From assembly GCA_964410585.1 (NCBI GenBank), contig CAYPFW010000002.1, positions 1 to 64,000 on the forward strand: a stretch of 64,000 nt of DNA, written 5' to 3'. This DNA comes from an uncultured archaeon (GTDB lineage: Archaea; Aenigmatarchaeota; Aenigmatarchaeia; QMZP01; JACQNV01). A program made the position numbers and the translations under genes. Below are positions 18,582 to 27,883 of the stretch, one piece after another. Each line of letters begins with the position of its first letter. The first letter of the stretch is position 1. Below the pieces are notes generated by a model. It ran no database searches, was not told the origin of the DNA, and worked only from the letters and a program-made list of their open reading frames with translations.

Positions 18582-18830
18582 TATCTATTTCATCCAAAAC
18601 CAACATACACAAGCCCCTTTCTTGAGGAGGCAAATCTTTATAAAGCCTGAAATCCATTGATATTATTGCGGCTAGTTTTGAATTAGTATTCAATAAGTAG
18701 ATTAAATCACTTTCTGAGTTAATTTAAAATAAACGTAAATAAATGAAAAATAAAACAAATATAAAAGGAGTAAAAAAATAAAAGCAAATTAAAAACTGAT
18801 TGTTTATTAATTGCTTAACAAAATAAAAAT

Positions 18831-20651
18831 ATGACAAAAGAAAATAAAAAAGAAAATCAAAAAATAGTACCAGACACATCTATCCTTATTCAAGGAAAGC
18901 TTTCAGCTTTGATAGAATCTGGAGAACTGAAAGATGTAGACATCATAATACCAGAAATGGCTCTTGATGAATTGCAAGCTCAAGCTTCTAGAGGAAAGGA
19001 TATAGGATTTGAAGGTCTGGAAGAAATAAAAAAAATAAGAGAAATTGGAAAAGACAAAGGTATCAAGATAGAATTCACTGGTCGAAGACCGACTCAAGAA
19101 GAAATAAATCTTGCAAAAAAAGGTAGAATCGATGCTCTCATAAGAGATGCAGCAAAAACACATGGTGCTGTTTTGTATACATCAGATTATGTTCAAGCGT
19201 TGACAGGAGAAGTAGAAGGTGTACAAATAAAATATATACCACAGCCTTTGAGGGTCAGCGAACTGATTTTAGAAAATTTCTTTACAGAAGATACACAATC
19301 TGTCCATCTAAAAGAAGGTATATCGCCCTTGGCTAAAAAAGGAAAGCCAGGACAAATAAGCCTTGTAAAAATAAGGGAAGAACCTGTTTCTGAAGAAGAA
19401 ATAAATGATATAATAAATCAAGTTGTTCTTAAAGCAAGAAGCGACAAAGACAGCAACATTGAGATGGGTTTGTACGGTGCAATGGTTATTCAGTTGAGAA
19501 ACTACAGGATAGCTATCACCAAACCACCATTTTCAGATGCTGTTGAAGTGACAGCTGTCAGGCCAACTACAAAAGTAAATCTAGAAAGCTATAAACTGCA
19601 CAAGGATATTGAAAAAAGAATCATTGAAAACGCAGCAGGTGTTTTGATAGCAGGCCCTCCAGGATCTGGTAAATCAACATTTGCAGCAAGTATTTCTGAT
19701 TTTATTTCAGCAAAAAACAAGATTGTAAAAACCTTTGAACAGCCAAGGGACTTGCAAGTTGGGAAAGAAGTCACTCAGTATGCGCCTTTGGAAGGCAGCT
19801 GGGAAAAAACATCTGAGATCCTACTTTTAGTAAGACCGGATTACACAATTTTCGACGAAATAAGAAAAACACAGGACTTCCGCGTTTTCGCTGATATGAG
19901 ATTAGCTGGTGTTGGTATGGTTGGTGTAATGCATGCAACAGATCCTATAAACGCTATACAGAGGTTTATTGGAAGGATTGAGCTTGGGACAATTCCACAT
20001 GTCATCGACATTGTAATCTACATAAAAGACGGACAGATAAAAAAAGTTTTAGAGCTTTCAATGTCTGTTAAAGTGCCTTCTGGAATGGTAGAAGCTGATT
20101 TAGCAAGACCAGTTGTAGAAGTCAGAGACTTTGAGACAAAAACCCTAGAGTTTGAAATCTATTCCTATGGAGAAGAAAATGTTGTTATGCCTGTGAAAGA
20201 AGATTCAAAAGAATCTGGAGTAAAAGAGCTTGCAAAAAACGCTGTATATAGGGAGGTTTCTAGGTTTGACAGGGATGCAAAAATATCAATACTTTCAGAT
20301 GACAGGGTTTTGGTGAAAGTGAGGAATGAAGCTATTCCTGCTTTGATTGGAAAGAAAGGCTCAAACATAGAAGCATTAGAAAAAAAGCTCGGAATAAGCA
20401 TCACTGTAGAGCCAAAAGACGAGACCTTCAAAAAAGAAGTCGAGTATGGAATGGAAGAAAGCGGCGCACATTTTGTGATTTTTGTTGACCAAAGATACAC
20501 TGGAAAAATGGTTGATCTATATTCTGGTGATGATTTTATTTTGTCTTCAACAGTTGGAAAGAAAGGCAAAATCAGCATCAACAAAAAATCAGATGTTGGA
20601 AGCGCTGTTCTCCAAGCTTTGACTGTGAATAAACTGAGGGTGTTGGTGTAA
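18831..20651 (+). CDS. PINA: PIN-domain P-loop ATPase with C-terminal KH domain
   Basis: VPDTS PIN domain, AGPPGSGKST, LLLVRPDYTIFDEIR, DMRLAGVG, LIGKKG KH motif. Confidence 0.93.
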   Translation: MTKENKKENQKIVPDTSILIQGKLSALIESGELKDVDIIIPEMALDELQAQASRGKDIGFEGLEEIKKIREIGKDKGIKIEFTGRRPTQEEINLAKKGRIDALIRDAAKTHGAVLYTSDYVQALTGEVEGVQIKYIPQPLRVSELILENFFTEDTQSVHLKEGISPLAKKGKPGQISLVKIREEPVSEEEINDIINQVVLKARSDKDSNIEMGLYGAMVIQLRNYRIAITKPPFSDAVEVTAVRPTTKVNLESYKLHKDIEKRIIENAAGVLIAGPPGSGKSTFAASISDFISAKNKIVKTFEQPRDLQVGKEVTQYAPLEGSWEKTSEILLLVRPDYTIFDEIRKTQDFRVFADMRLAGVGMVGVMHATDPINAIQRFIGRIELGTIPHVIDIVIYIKDGQIKKVLELSMSVKVPSGMVEADLARPVVEVRDFETKTLEFEIYSYGEENVVMPVKEDSKESGVKELAKNAVYREVSRFDRDAKISILSDDRVLVKVRNEAIPALIGKKGSNIEALEKKLGISITVEPKDETFKKEVEYGMEESGAHFVIFVDQRYTGKMVDLYSGDDFILSSTVGKKGKISINKKSDVGSAVLQALTVNKLRVLV

Positions 20652-20752
20652 TCGGTTCTTTTGTTCACTAGTTTTCCTGCAGATTTCAAGCCTGAAAACA
20701 GACTAAACTTAAGGATCTAAGCTTTTTATAGAAATTTTTACATAAAACATAA

Positions 20753-21514
20753 ATGAAGACAGAAAAAGTCTATTTTGAAAACCCTAGAGGACAGAAACTT
20801 TGTGGAGTTCTTTCAGTTCCTGAATTTTCCAGGACAGTTGTTGTGATGGCTCATGGTTTTGGTTCAAATAAAGATGGGGCTTCAACAAAGGCTCTTTCAG
20901 ATGAGCTCAACAAAAAGGGAATATCGACTTTTAGGTTTGATTTTTCTGGTAGAGGAGAGTCTGAGGGAAGCATAGAGCAAACAACAATATCAGACGCTAT
21001 AGAAGACCTAAAATCAGCAATTAATTATGTTTATGAAATGTTTGACAAGGTCTGTCTCTATGGTTCTAGCTTTGGTGGCATTGTCAGCCTTGGATATGTT
21101 TCTAAAGAAAATAAAATAATCCTTCTGGCACTTAAATCTCCTGTTTCTTCATATGTTGAAAAAAGGGAAACAGAGCTTGGAGAGGATGGTATCAAAAAGT
21201 GGAGGGAGCAGGGGTTTATGGACTATACAACAGGAGACAAGCTATATATGATCCCATATAAATTCTATGAAGACTCCTTCAAGTACTCATACAATTTTTA
21301 CGAGTATATAAAAATTCCTGTTTTTATTGTGCATGGTAACAAGGATGAAGAGGTTCCTGTGAGTCAGAGCCTAAAGCTTGCTAAACATTTAAAGAGCGCA
21401 AAACTTGATATTATAAAAGGCGCGGACCACAGATACACAAATAAACAACACTTCTCAAAATCCGTAAAAGCAATAGCAGATTGGTTTGATGAAAGCCTTA
21501 AAAGCACCGAATAG
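20753..21514 (+). CDS. Alpha/beta hydrolase
   Basis: HGFGS, RFDFSG.GES, GSSFGG, HG..D..VP, ADH. Confidence 0.92.
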   Translation: MKTEKVYFENPRGQKLCGVLSVPEFSRTVVVMAHGFGSNKDGASTKALSDELNKKGISTFRFDFSGRGESEGSIEQTTISDAIEDLKSAINYVYEMFDKVCLYGSSFGGIVSLGYVSKENKIILLALKSPVSSYVEKRETELGEDGIKKWREQGFMDYTTGDKLYMIPYKFYEDSFKYSYNFYEYIKIPVFIVHGNKDEEVPVSQSLKLAKHLKSAKLDIIKGADHRYTNKQHFSKSVKAIADWFDESLKSTE

Positions 21515-21549
21515 CTTCTCTTTTTATTTATTCTATTCTAATTTACTAT

Positions 21550-23244
21550 ATGAGCAATGGGTTGTTTTCTTTATTTGGTGAGGAAAAACTGACAAAGGAA
21601 AGATATGAGAAAAAGCTTTCTGAGATTTTAAAGAAAATAAACCAATCAAAAAAATCAGGCGATGGTATAGCTGTTTCCTTCCATTGTCAGACAGCTGCAA
21701 AATTAGCAGAGCAATTTGGAGAGTATAGAAAGGGCGTAGACATGCTTCTGGATGGTCTTGAATATTGTTTGAAGGAAAATAGGCTGTTTGACGCTGCATG
21801 GATTTGTAAAATGGCCTCTAATTTAGCTGAAAAAGATAACAAACTTGCGGACGCACTTAATTTTGCTGTTAGGTCAGCAGACTACTTTTTGAAATCAAGT
21901 AGTGTTTATGCTGCACAATGGGAATACGTGATAGCTGGAAAACTTGCTGAGAAACAAAAAGACTATTACTCTGCAATAAAATATTATAAAAAAGCAAATG
22001 ATCTAGAAAGTGATAATGAATTAGAAGAACAAATAGAGTCAATAAAGAAGAAAATTCCCCATCCAATAATTGATGTGAAATCGAGTAAGTCAGAGATAGA
22101 AGAAGGCGAAGAAGTTGAGCTCACAGTTTCTGTTGAAAATAATTCGTACAACTATTTGAAGAACATAAAACTTATTGGAAATCAAACTGAGGAAATAAAA
22201 TTGCTAAAACCAAAAGAGACAAAGGTAATTGTTTACAAAACTTCTGGTCAGGTCGGAATTCTAAAACCAAGATATAGAAAGGTTGTTTGGGAAGATCCTT
22301 CTGGAAAACCAATTGAAAAAAACCTACCTTATTTTGGCGTAAGGGTTAAGCCAAGAGTTGTCATAAAGGCATCTGTTAATCCCCAGCTTAGACTAAACAA
22401 AAACTCAGATTTTGTTTTGCTAATAAAAAATCTATCATCATCTAACCTAAGAAACATAAAATATTTTGTTGATTTTCCAGAAGAAATAAAGTATAGGAAA
22501 GAAGGACAGGAAGGTTTAGGTTCTATAAAACCAGGTGATGAAGAAGGAATTGTCTATAGTTTGGTGCCGAAAACAGTTGGAAAAATTTCATTAAAAAATG
22601 TTTCAATTGAATACACAGATGATTATGGAATAGAGTATAAAGCGAAGGTTGATCCCATTGTTTTGGAAATAAGTTTGTTGGAGCAAAAAAAACAGAATAG
22701 TGAAAGCTTAATAGAAAAAGCAAGGGAGAAAACAAAACATGTAGATTTTGATTCAAGTCCTATGTTGGAAGAGGATTACATCAAATTGACACATACATAC
22801 TATTCGGCTGAGGGTGGTTACTGTTTGAGAAAAGTATCGATGGAGGATGTTTCAGACTATGTTCTTGATGAGTGCTCTTCTATGACTTTAATAGGATCGC
22901 ATGACCATGATGGAGAAAAGCTCTATTTTTTTTCTGGGAAAAGGAGCGGAACCAGCTACCTACTTACGGTAGCGATTAAAAAGGAAGAGGAGTTTATCAA
23001 CGTGCTTTTCAAAATTTATTCTGATAAACAAGATGGACTTGAAAGTGTTTTGAATGCAATAGCAAACTCTGTTCAATATACGCTAACTATAGCATCATCA
23101 GCGATCAGGGTTGAAAAAATTGAGGTAAATGAAGTGATAAACATAATTGATTCAATTGTCCAGCGATCAAAGATAGGACAGGATGTGGTTAAGGATAAGC
23201 AGGTTACTATTAAAGATTCGGTTGTTAGAAAAACAGAGATATAA
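21550..23244 (+). CDS. Multidomain protein: SNAP/TPR-like helical repeats, two Ig-like beta sandwiches, alpha/beta platform-like C-terminal domain
   Basis: AAxxxxxA helical repeats; VELTVSVEN and FVLLIKN...L.NI Ig strands; C-terminal NIIDSIVQRS. Confidence 0.7.
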   Translation: MSNGLFSLFGEEKLTKERYEKKLSEILKKINQSKKSGDGIAVSFHCQTAAKLAEQFGEYRKGVDMLLDGLEYCLKENRLFDAAWICKMASNLAEKDNKLADALNFAVRSADYFLKSSSVYAAQWEYVIAGKLAEKQKDYYSAIKYYKKANDLESDNELEEQIESIKKKIPHPIIDVKSSKSEIEEGEEVELTVSVENNSYNYLKNIKLIGNQTEEIKLLKPKETKVIVYKTSGQVGILKPRYRKVVWEDPSGKPIEKNLPYFGVRVKPRVVIKASVNPQLRLNKNSDFVLLIKNLSSSNLRNIKYFVDFPEEIKYRKEGQEGLGSIKPGDEEGIVYSLVPKTVGKISLKNVSIEYTDDYGIEYKAKVDPIVLEISLLEQKKQNSESLIEKAREKTKHVDFDSSPMLEEDYIKLTHTYYSAEGGYCLRKVSMEDVSDYVLDECSSMTLIGSHDHDGEKLYFFSGKRSGTSYLLTVAIKKEEEFINVLFKIYSDKQDGLESVLNAIANSVQYTLTIASSAIRVEKIEVNEVINIIDSIVQRSKIGQDVVKDKQVTIKDSVVRKTEI

Positions 23245-23327
23245 CATTGTTATACAAACATCTTTAAACCCATAATCGAATATTGTATATTCGATGGAGG
23301 ATAGAGGAACTGCAGGTTACCTACAAT

Positions 23328-24206
23328 ATGACATATTCTTGGGGAAAGCCAGAGGAAGTAGTTGCACAGAGATTTTTAAAAAAACAGCTTCCTGGAATGT
23401 TCAAAAAAGAAATATCAGTTGGCGATGGGGAGATTTGCTTGGTCGAAAAAGACAGTAAAATAACAAATGAGTTTGGTTCTGGAAAGCATACCCTTACTTC
23501 AATGTTTGGTGGAGATTTGAGAGACATAGTTCTTATCGATATATCTAATAAAATTTTTTCTAAAAAAATAACAAGTCTTCTTACCAAAGGTGGCGAAAAG
23601 GTGGGTTGCCAACTCGACATTGAACTGACAATTTTTAATCCAGAAAAATTTGTCAGAAATTATATGAAATCGAGGAGCCTGATAACATTAGAGGATCTTT
23701 TTATTGATTTACAAAGCCAAATTTCCACAAAAGTTTTGCAGCCTGAAGTAGCTAGCAAAAATATTGATGAGTTGTATGGAAATAGGGGGCTCACAGATAA
23801 TATAGCATCTGCTTTTGAATTTGAAATGAAAAGAGTTTTAGAAACATGGGGAATTGAGTTGACAGGTCTTACTGTTTTGTGGGAATTCCCTCCAGAATAT
23901 GAAGAAGAATTGAAAGAAAAGTCAGCAATTAAAAGAGGCGGAAGAATAAGGGACGTCCAACATGAAGAAGAGCTAAAGGAAGCAGAAAGGGAAAAAGACC
24001 TTAAAGACATTGAGGAAGAGGATGATTTTGAGAAGGCAAAAACGGATTTAGAAAAAGATAGACTGAAAAGGGAACTTGATTTGGAGCTAAGTAAAAAAGA
24101 GTCTGCAGAAGACACAGATGAGGCTTTAGATGCTTTGGAGCTAAAAAATATTTTAGATAAGCAAAAACTAGTTAACAAAAAGCGTGGCGCAGACGAGGAA
24201 AAATAA
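23328..24206 (+). CDS. SPFH/band-7-like protein with a C-terminal coiled coil
   Basis: ISVGDGEICL...G.H.L, LLTKGG, WGIEL..L...W.FP.EY, acidic coiled tail. Confidence 0.75.
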   Translation: MTYSWGKPEEVVAQRFLKKQLPGMFKKEISVGDGEICLVEKDSKITNEFGSGKHTLTSMFGGDLRDIVLIDISNKIFSKKITSLLTKGGEKVGCQLDIELTIFNPEKFVRNYMKSRSLITLEDLFIDLQSQISTKVLQPEVASKNIDELYGNRGLTDNIASAFEFEMKRVLETWGIELTGLTVLWEFPPEYEEELKEKSAIKRGGRIRDVQHEEELKEAEREKDLKDIEEEDDFEKAKTDLEKDRLKRELDLELSKKESAEDTDEALDALELKNILDKQKLVNKKRGADEEK

Positions 24207-24207
24207 T

Positions 24208-24519
24208 ATGAGAACAAAATTTGAATTCCCCTCAGAGATTAAATCCTTATTATCTGAAGAAAAAGTTGATCCAAAGAAAATAAGAATTATAATTAGAGAA
24301 AATTATCTTGCAGAGGATCTGTATTCACTTGATAAGAAGGGAATAAAATGTAAAGAGATTCTAATTAAAATAAATGGTGTGAAAATGTATAATTCCAGGA
24401 GTGTTTACATGAAACCAAAAGAAATAAGCAAAAAGAAGCCAATTTACATGGTATCTGCATCTGATTTTCCTGAATTAAAGATATTTTCCTTGTCATATTT
24501 GATTTACAAAAATAATTGA
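24208..24519 (+). CDS. Hypothetical protein
   Basis: Tightly packed in the operon (1 nt after the upstream stop). Confidence 0.6.
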   Translation: MRTKFEFPSEIKSLLSEEKVDPKKIRIIIRENYLAEDLYSLDKKGIKCKEILIKINGVKMYNSRSVYMKPKEISKKKPIYMVSASDFPELKIFSLSYLIYKNN

Positions 24520-24521
24520 TT

Positions 24522-25022
24522 ATGTGGTCAGAAGTTGAAAAAAGATTCGGAAAAGAAATAGATGAATTGAAAAAACAGATAAAGGACTATGAATATTCTG
24601 AAAAGCGCGCAGTCCACACAGATGAAAAAATCAGGTTCTTTTTCCTTGACAAATTAAAAAAATCAAAAACAAGCCTATCAGATATAGCAGAGCTTGCTTA
24701 CAAGGAAAAGGCAGACGAGCTTTCTGATCTTAAAACACTTAGAGAGGACATAAATCTCGCGTCAAATGATGTTGAAAGATCAAATTTTGGTAAATTTCCA
24801 AAAGAGAAAAAAACCTTGGAAAAAATTCTTCTCAAAGATGTCCTCCTACTCAACGATATTAATTCAGTCAAAGAATTAATAGACCAACTATACAACAAGG
24901 TGACAAACTCTAATGTTCAAAACCTACCAAAAGATGTCCAAAATATAAGAAAAGTTTTGCGAAGTTTCAGGGAAAACTTCGAGGAAAGAAAAGCTTTGAT
25001 TAAATCCGAGTTCGGGAAATAG
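24522..25022 (+). CDS. All-helical coiled-coil protein
   Basis: Heptad-like amphipathic helices; operon packing. Confidence 0.7.
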   Translation: MWSEVEKRFGKEIDELKKQIKDYEYSEKRAVHTDEKIRFFFLDKLKKSKTSLSDIAELAYKEKADELSDLKTLREDINLASNDVERSNFGKFPKEKKTLEKILLKDVLLLNDINSVKELIDQLYNKVTNSNVQNLPKDVQNIRKVLRSFRENFEERKALIKSEFGK

Positions 25023-25023
25023 T

Positions 25024-26016
25024 ATGACAGATGAAAAAGAAATTTTGAGTGAAATAGAAATTGCCAAGAAACAACTAAAAGAAAATCTAGCCAAAAAAGA
25101 AAAAGAAGCAACGGCAAGGATAGAGGAAATACTATCCCTTCAAAAAACAGATTTCTGTTCAAGGTGTGGAAGAAAAGTTGCTAGCCGCACACAGTGGAAA
25201 GGTCACTGTCTATCTTCTAATTGTGAAAGCCTTATCTGCAACAGATGTTGGGTAATAGAAAAATCTAGATTCTGTAAAGACCACTACAAAGATATTGTTG
25301 GAAATGAAAAAAATGGAAAGGAAAAAGTCTTTTTTAGAAAAGAAGTTGTAGCCCAAGAAACGCCTGTTGAAAAAGAAGAAGCAGACGATTTTAAGGACAA
25401 AATAGATCAGTTAACAACATCGTATGTTGAAGCCCTAAAAGAAAAAATCCAAAAAAGTGTCCCTGACTTCACACCAGACGAATTCATCAAAAAAACAAGA
25501 ACAAAGGTTTTTGTCACAGATGAGGGTTTGGAAGCAACAATTAACAAAAAATCCTTCTTCAGCAAAACACCAAAGCTCCGCTTGTTGGTTAGATCTGTTT
25601 ATGGAAAAGAAAAATCTGATTTGGAATTTGTTTTAAGTAAGGTTCAGAATTTAGATTTATATAATATACTTGTTTTAGTTGGAGATGAGCTATCAAAAGA
25701 ATCAATAAGTTGGTTGAGCAAATACAATAACCCAAAACTTTCTGTGATTTTGGCCCTTCCTTCATCGGGTTTAGTATACACAGATTCTAAGGGTCTGACA
25801 AAAATATATTCTAAATGGCTTTCAGACCAGCAGCCAGACAGCTTAAAGGATGTTTTGCGCCTACTTTCAGATGACATGGAAGGAAGATATGTTTTGACAA
25901 CAGACACAATCTCAAAAGAATTTGGGTTTACAGAATCAGAGTCTAGGCGACTTTTAGAATCTTGCGACTTTTTGAAATCAGTAGAAGATACAAACAGCTT
26001 TTTCTTCAAAAAATAA
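25024..26016 (+). CDS. Coiled-coil plus Cys/His zinc-finger protein with alpha/beta and possible wHTH domains
   Basis: CSRC...C...C...CNRC...FCKDH; C-terminal ISKEFGFTESESRRLL. Confidence 0.7.
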   Translation: MTDEKEILSEIEIAKKQLKENLAKKEKEATARIEEILSLQKTDFCSRCGRKVASRTQWKGHCLSSNCESLICNRCWVIEKSRFCKDHYKDIVGNEKNGKEKVFFRKEVVAQETPVEKEEADDFKDKIDQLTTSYVEALKEKIQKSVPDFTPDEFIKKTRTKVFVTDEGLEATINKKSFFSKTPKLRLLVRSVYGKEKSDLEFVLSKVQNLDLYNILVLVGDELSKESISWLSKYNNPKLSVILALPSSGLVYTDSKGLTKIYSKWLSDQQPDSLKDVLRLLSDDMEGRYVLTTDTISKEFGFTESESRRLLESCDFLKSVEDTNSFFFKK

Positions 26017-26044
26017 CAATAAAAAACTTCCTACTAATTATTTT

Positions 26045-26920
26045 ATGCCACTTTTAGTTTCAGTTGATTTGAACAGATACGATGCTCCGAGGAACCTTGC
26101 TTACAATGAGGCTTGTTTAAACAGAGTTGAATCAGGATCTCCGATGTTAAGAATATTCACATTTTCTAGACCTGGATTAATTTTAGCTCATGGAGAAAGT
26201 TTGTGGGACCTACGCGATAAGTTTCACAGCCTAGCTACAAGAAGACATACAGGTGGATCTGTTATTTATGTTGATAAAGATACACTAGGCTACACACTTC
26301 TTTTTCATAAATCAGATTTGCCTGGAAATGTTGTTGATATTTATACAGCTTTAACTAATCCACTAGTTTTAGGTTTAAAGGAAAGAGGAATTGATGCTGA
26401 ATTAGGAAGGTTATTCAGTATAAGAATTGGAGGAAAGGTGATAGGTGGTCATGCTCAATACAGTAAGAAAGATGTTGTTCAGTATGATGGTATTGTTCAT
26501 TTAAAAAAACCTTCTATTACCAATATCGATCAAACAATAAAGCTCAGAGTTTTATCACAAAACGGAGAAGGTAGAGTTATTTGTATAGATGGTGAGGTTT
26601 ACGATCTTAAAGGCAATCATTTAGGAGAAGCCAAAGACTTTAATTTGAATAAAATTAGAGATGAGAGAGAAGAAATATCTTCTATGCCTGGTTTATCTGA
26701 TTTTGGAGTTCAGCCAACTGACTATATAGACTTGATAAGATCTTCTTTTCAAAATGTTTTCCACATGGAAGCAGCTGAATCAAGTTTAGATCATTTAAGG
26801 GAAGATGCAAGAAAGCTTGAGCAAAGCAAATATAGAAGCACTGATTGGATAAGAGCTGGAACAAGAAGGTGTTTGGGTCACTGTTTCGTTGATTTAGTTG
26901 AGCCCGAGAATGGATCTTAG
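26045..26920 (+). CDS. Lipoate-protein ligase A family protein
   Basis: NLAYNEA, TRRHTGGSVIY, GKVIGGHAQ; next to the PDH genes. Confidence 0.85.
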   Translation: MPLLVSVDLNRYDAPRNLAYNEACLNRVESGSPMLRIFTFSRPGLILAHGESLWDLRDKFHSLATRRHTGGSVIYVDKDTLGYTLLFHKSDLPGNVVDIYTALTNPLVLGLKERGIDAELGRLFSIRIGGKVIGGHAQYSKKDVVQYDGIVHLKKPSITNIDQTIKLRVLSQNGEGRVICIDGEVYDLKGNHLGEAKDFNLNKIRDEREEISSMPGLSDFGVQPTDYIDLIRSSFQNVFHMEAAESSLDHLREDARKLEQSKYRSTDWIRAGTRRCLGHCFVDLVEPENGS

Positions 26921-27633
26921 ATCCTGATCAAACTTTCCTTTTCAAAAATCTTTGGTATTTTCAAACCCATTTTTTCAAAAACTTCTGTTGGTATTCCTAT
27001 GTCAGCCAAATAAATTTTTCCAACAAAATCCCTTGCTGATTTTTCCAACAAACCCTTCTTTGGCAAACAAAAAGTAATTGTTGAATCTGCCTTTATGCAA
27101 GGATTAAAAGGCTGTCCTGTATCTGGGTCTAGTCCAGAAGGAATATCAATTGCCAAGACCTTTTTTGCGTTTTGGTTTGTAAACTCAATAAGCTTTGCAC
27201 ACAAATCTCGCGGATCTCCCTGTATATTGTATCCAAGCAAACCATCTATAACTAAGTCAGCTCGTTTTATTGCATCCTCATATTGGTAAGAGTGTATAAG
27301 ATGAATAACATCAGCAAACATCGACCTCAAAACACCCAACTGCGCCCTGTTGTGTTCGCTTAGTTCATCTGGGTGGCAAGCCAAAATAATTTTCACTTTT
27401 GCTCCCCAATTTATTAGCCATCGAGCAGCAACAAGCCCATCTCCACCATTATTTCCTTTGCCACAAAGTATAGTTATTTCTCTTCCTCTAAGTTTTCCAA
27501 GAATAATCCTTGCTATCTCAGCAACACCCCTTCCAGTGTTTTCCATCAGCTGAAGCACATCCAAACCAAAGAATTTTACAGCTAAACTATCTACTTGTTT
27601 CATTTGCTCTGCCGTTAGTGTAGGAATGTCCAT
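26917..27633 (-). CDS. nnrE: NAD(P)H-hydrate epimerase
   Basis: LMEN.G, CGKGNNGGDGLVAAR, DGLLG, AIDIPSG, ADIGIP. Confidence 0.95.
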   Translation of the reverse strand: MDIPTLTAEQMKQVDSLAVKFFGLDVLQLMENTGRGVAEIARIILGKLRGREITILCGKGNNGGDGLVAARWLINWGAKVKIILACHPDELSEHNRAQLGVLRSMFADVIHLIHSYQYEDAIKRADLVIDGLLGYNIQGDPRDLCAKLIEFTNQNAKKVLAIDIPSGLDPDTGQPFNPCIKADSTITFCLPKKGLLEKSARDFVGKIYLADIGIPTEVFEKMGLKIPKIFEKESLIRI

Positions 27634-27683
27634 AGGAAGGATAGTAAGTCTAGATTTATAATACTTAGCAATAACTATCAAAC

Positions 27684-27875
27684 ATGAAAATTAAAACAGT
27701 GAACAATAAATTAAATAAAAGCAGATGCCGCGAGTGCGGTAACAAAAAATTCCATTATAATGAAAAGAGAAATGAGAAAGAGTGTCTTGTTTGTGGTTAT
27801 ATAATGTGTCCAGGGGAAGAATGCCGTGAATGGAAAACTCTCTGTGATTTGGAACCACGCAAAAATATCAAATAA
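27684..27875 (+). CDS. Small zinc-ribbon protein
   Basis: CRECG...E..CLVCG (TFIIB-ribbon-like). Confidence 0.6.
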   Translation: MKIKTVNNKLNKSRCRECGNKKFHYNEKRNEKECLVCGYIMCPGEECREWKTLCDLEPRKNIK

Positions 27876-27883
27876 ACTTTATT

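Noticed and set aside
18478-18830. Replication origin
   Set aside because: AT-rich, but no ORB-like boxes with G-strings and no orc1/cdc6 gene nearby; kept only as an operator-like finding.
20165-20689. Long antisense ORFs rich in Ser/Phe (also 23660..24217, 36605..37114, 62473..63048 and others)
   Set aside because: Shadows of Lys/Glu-rich genes on the opposite strand.
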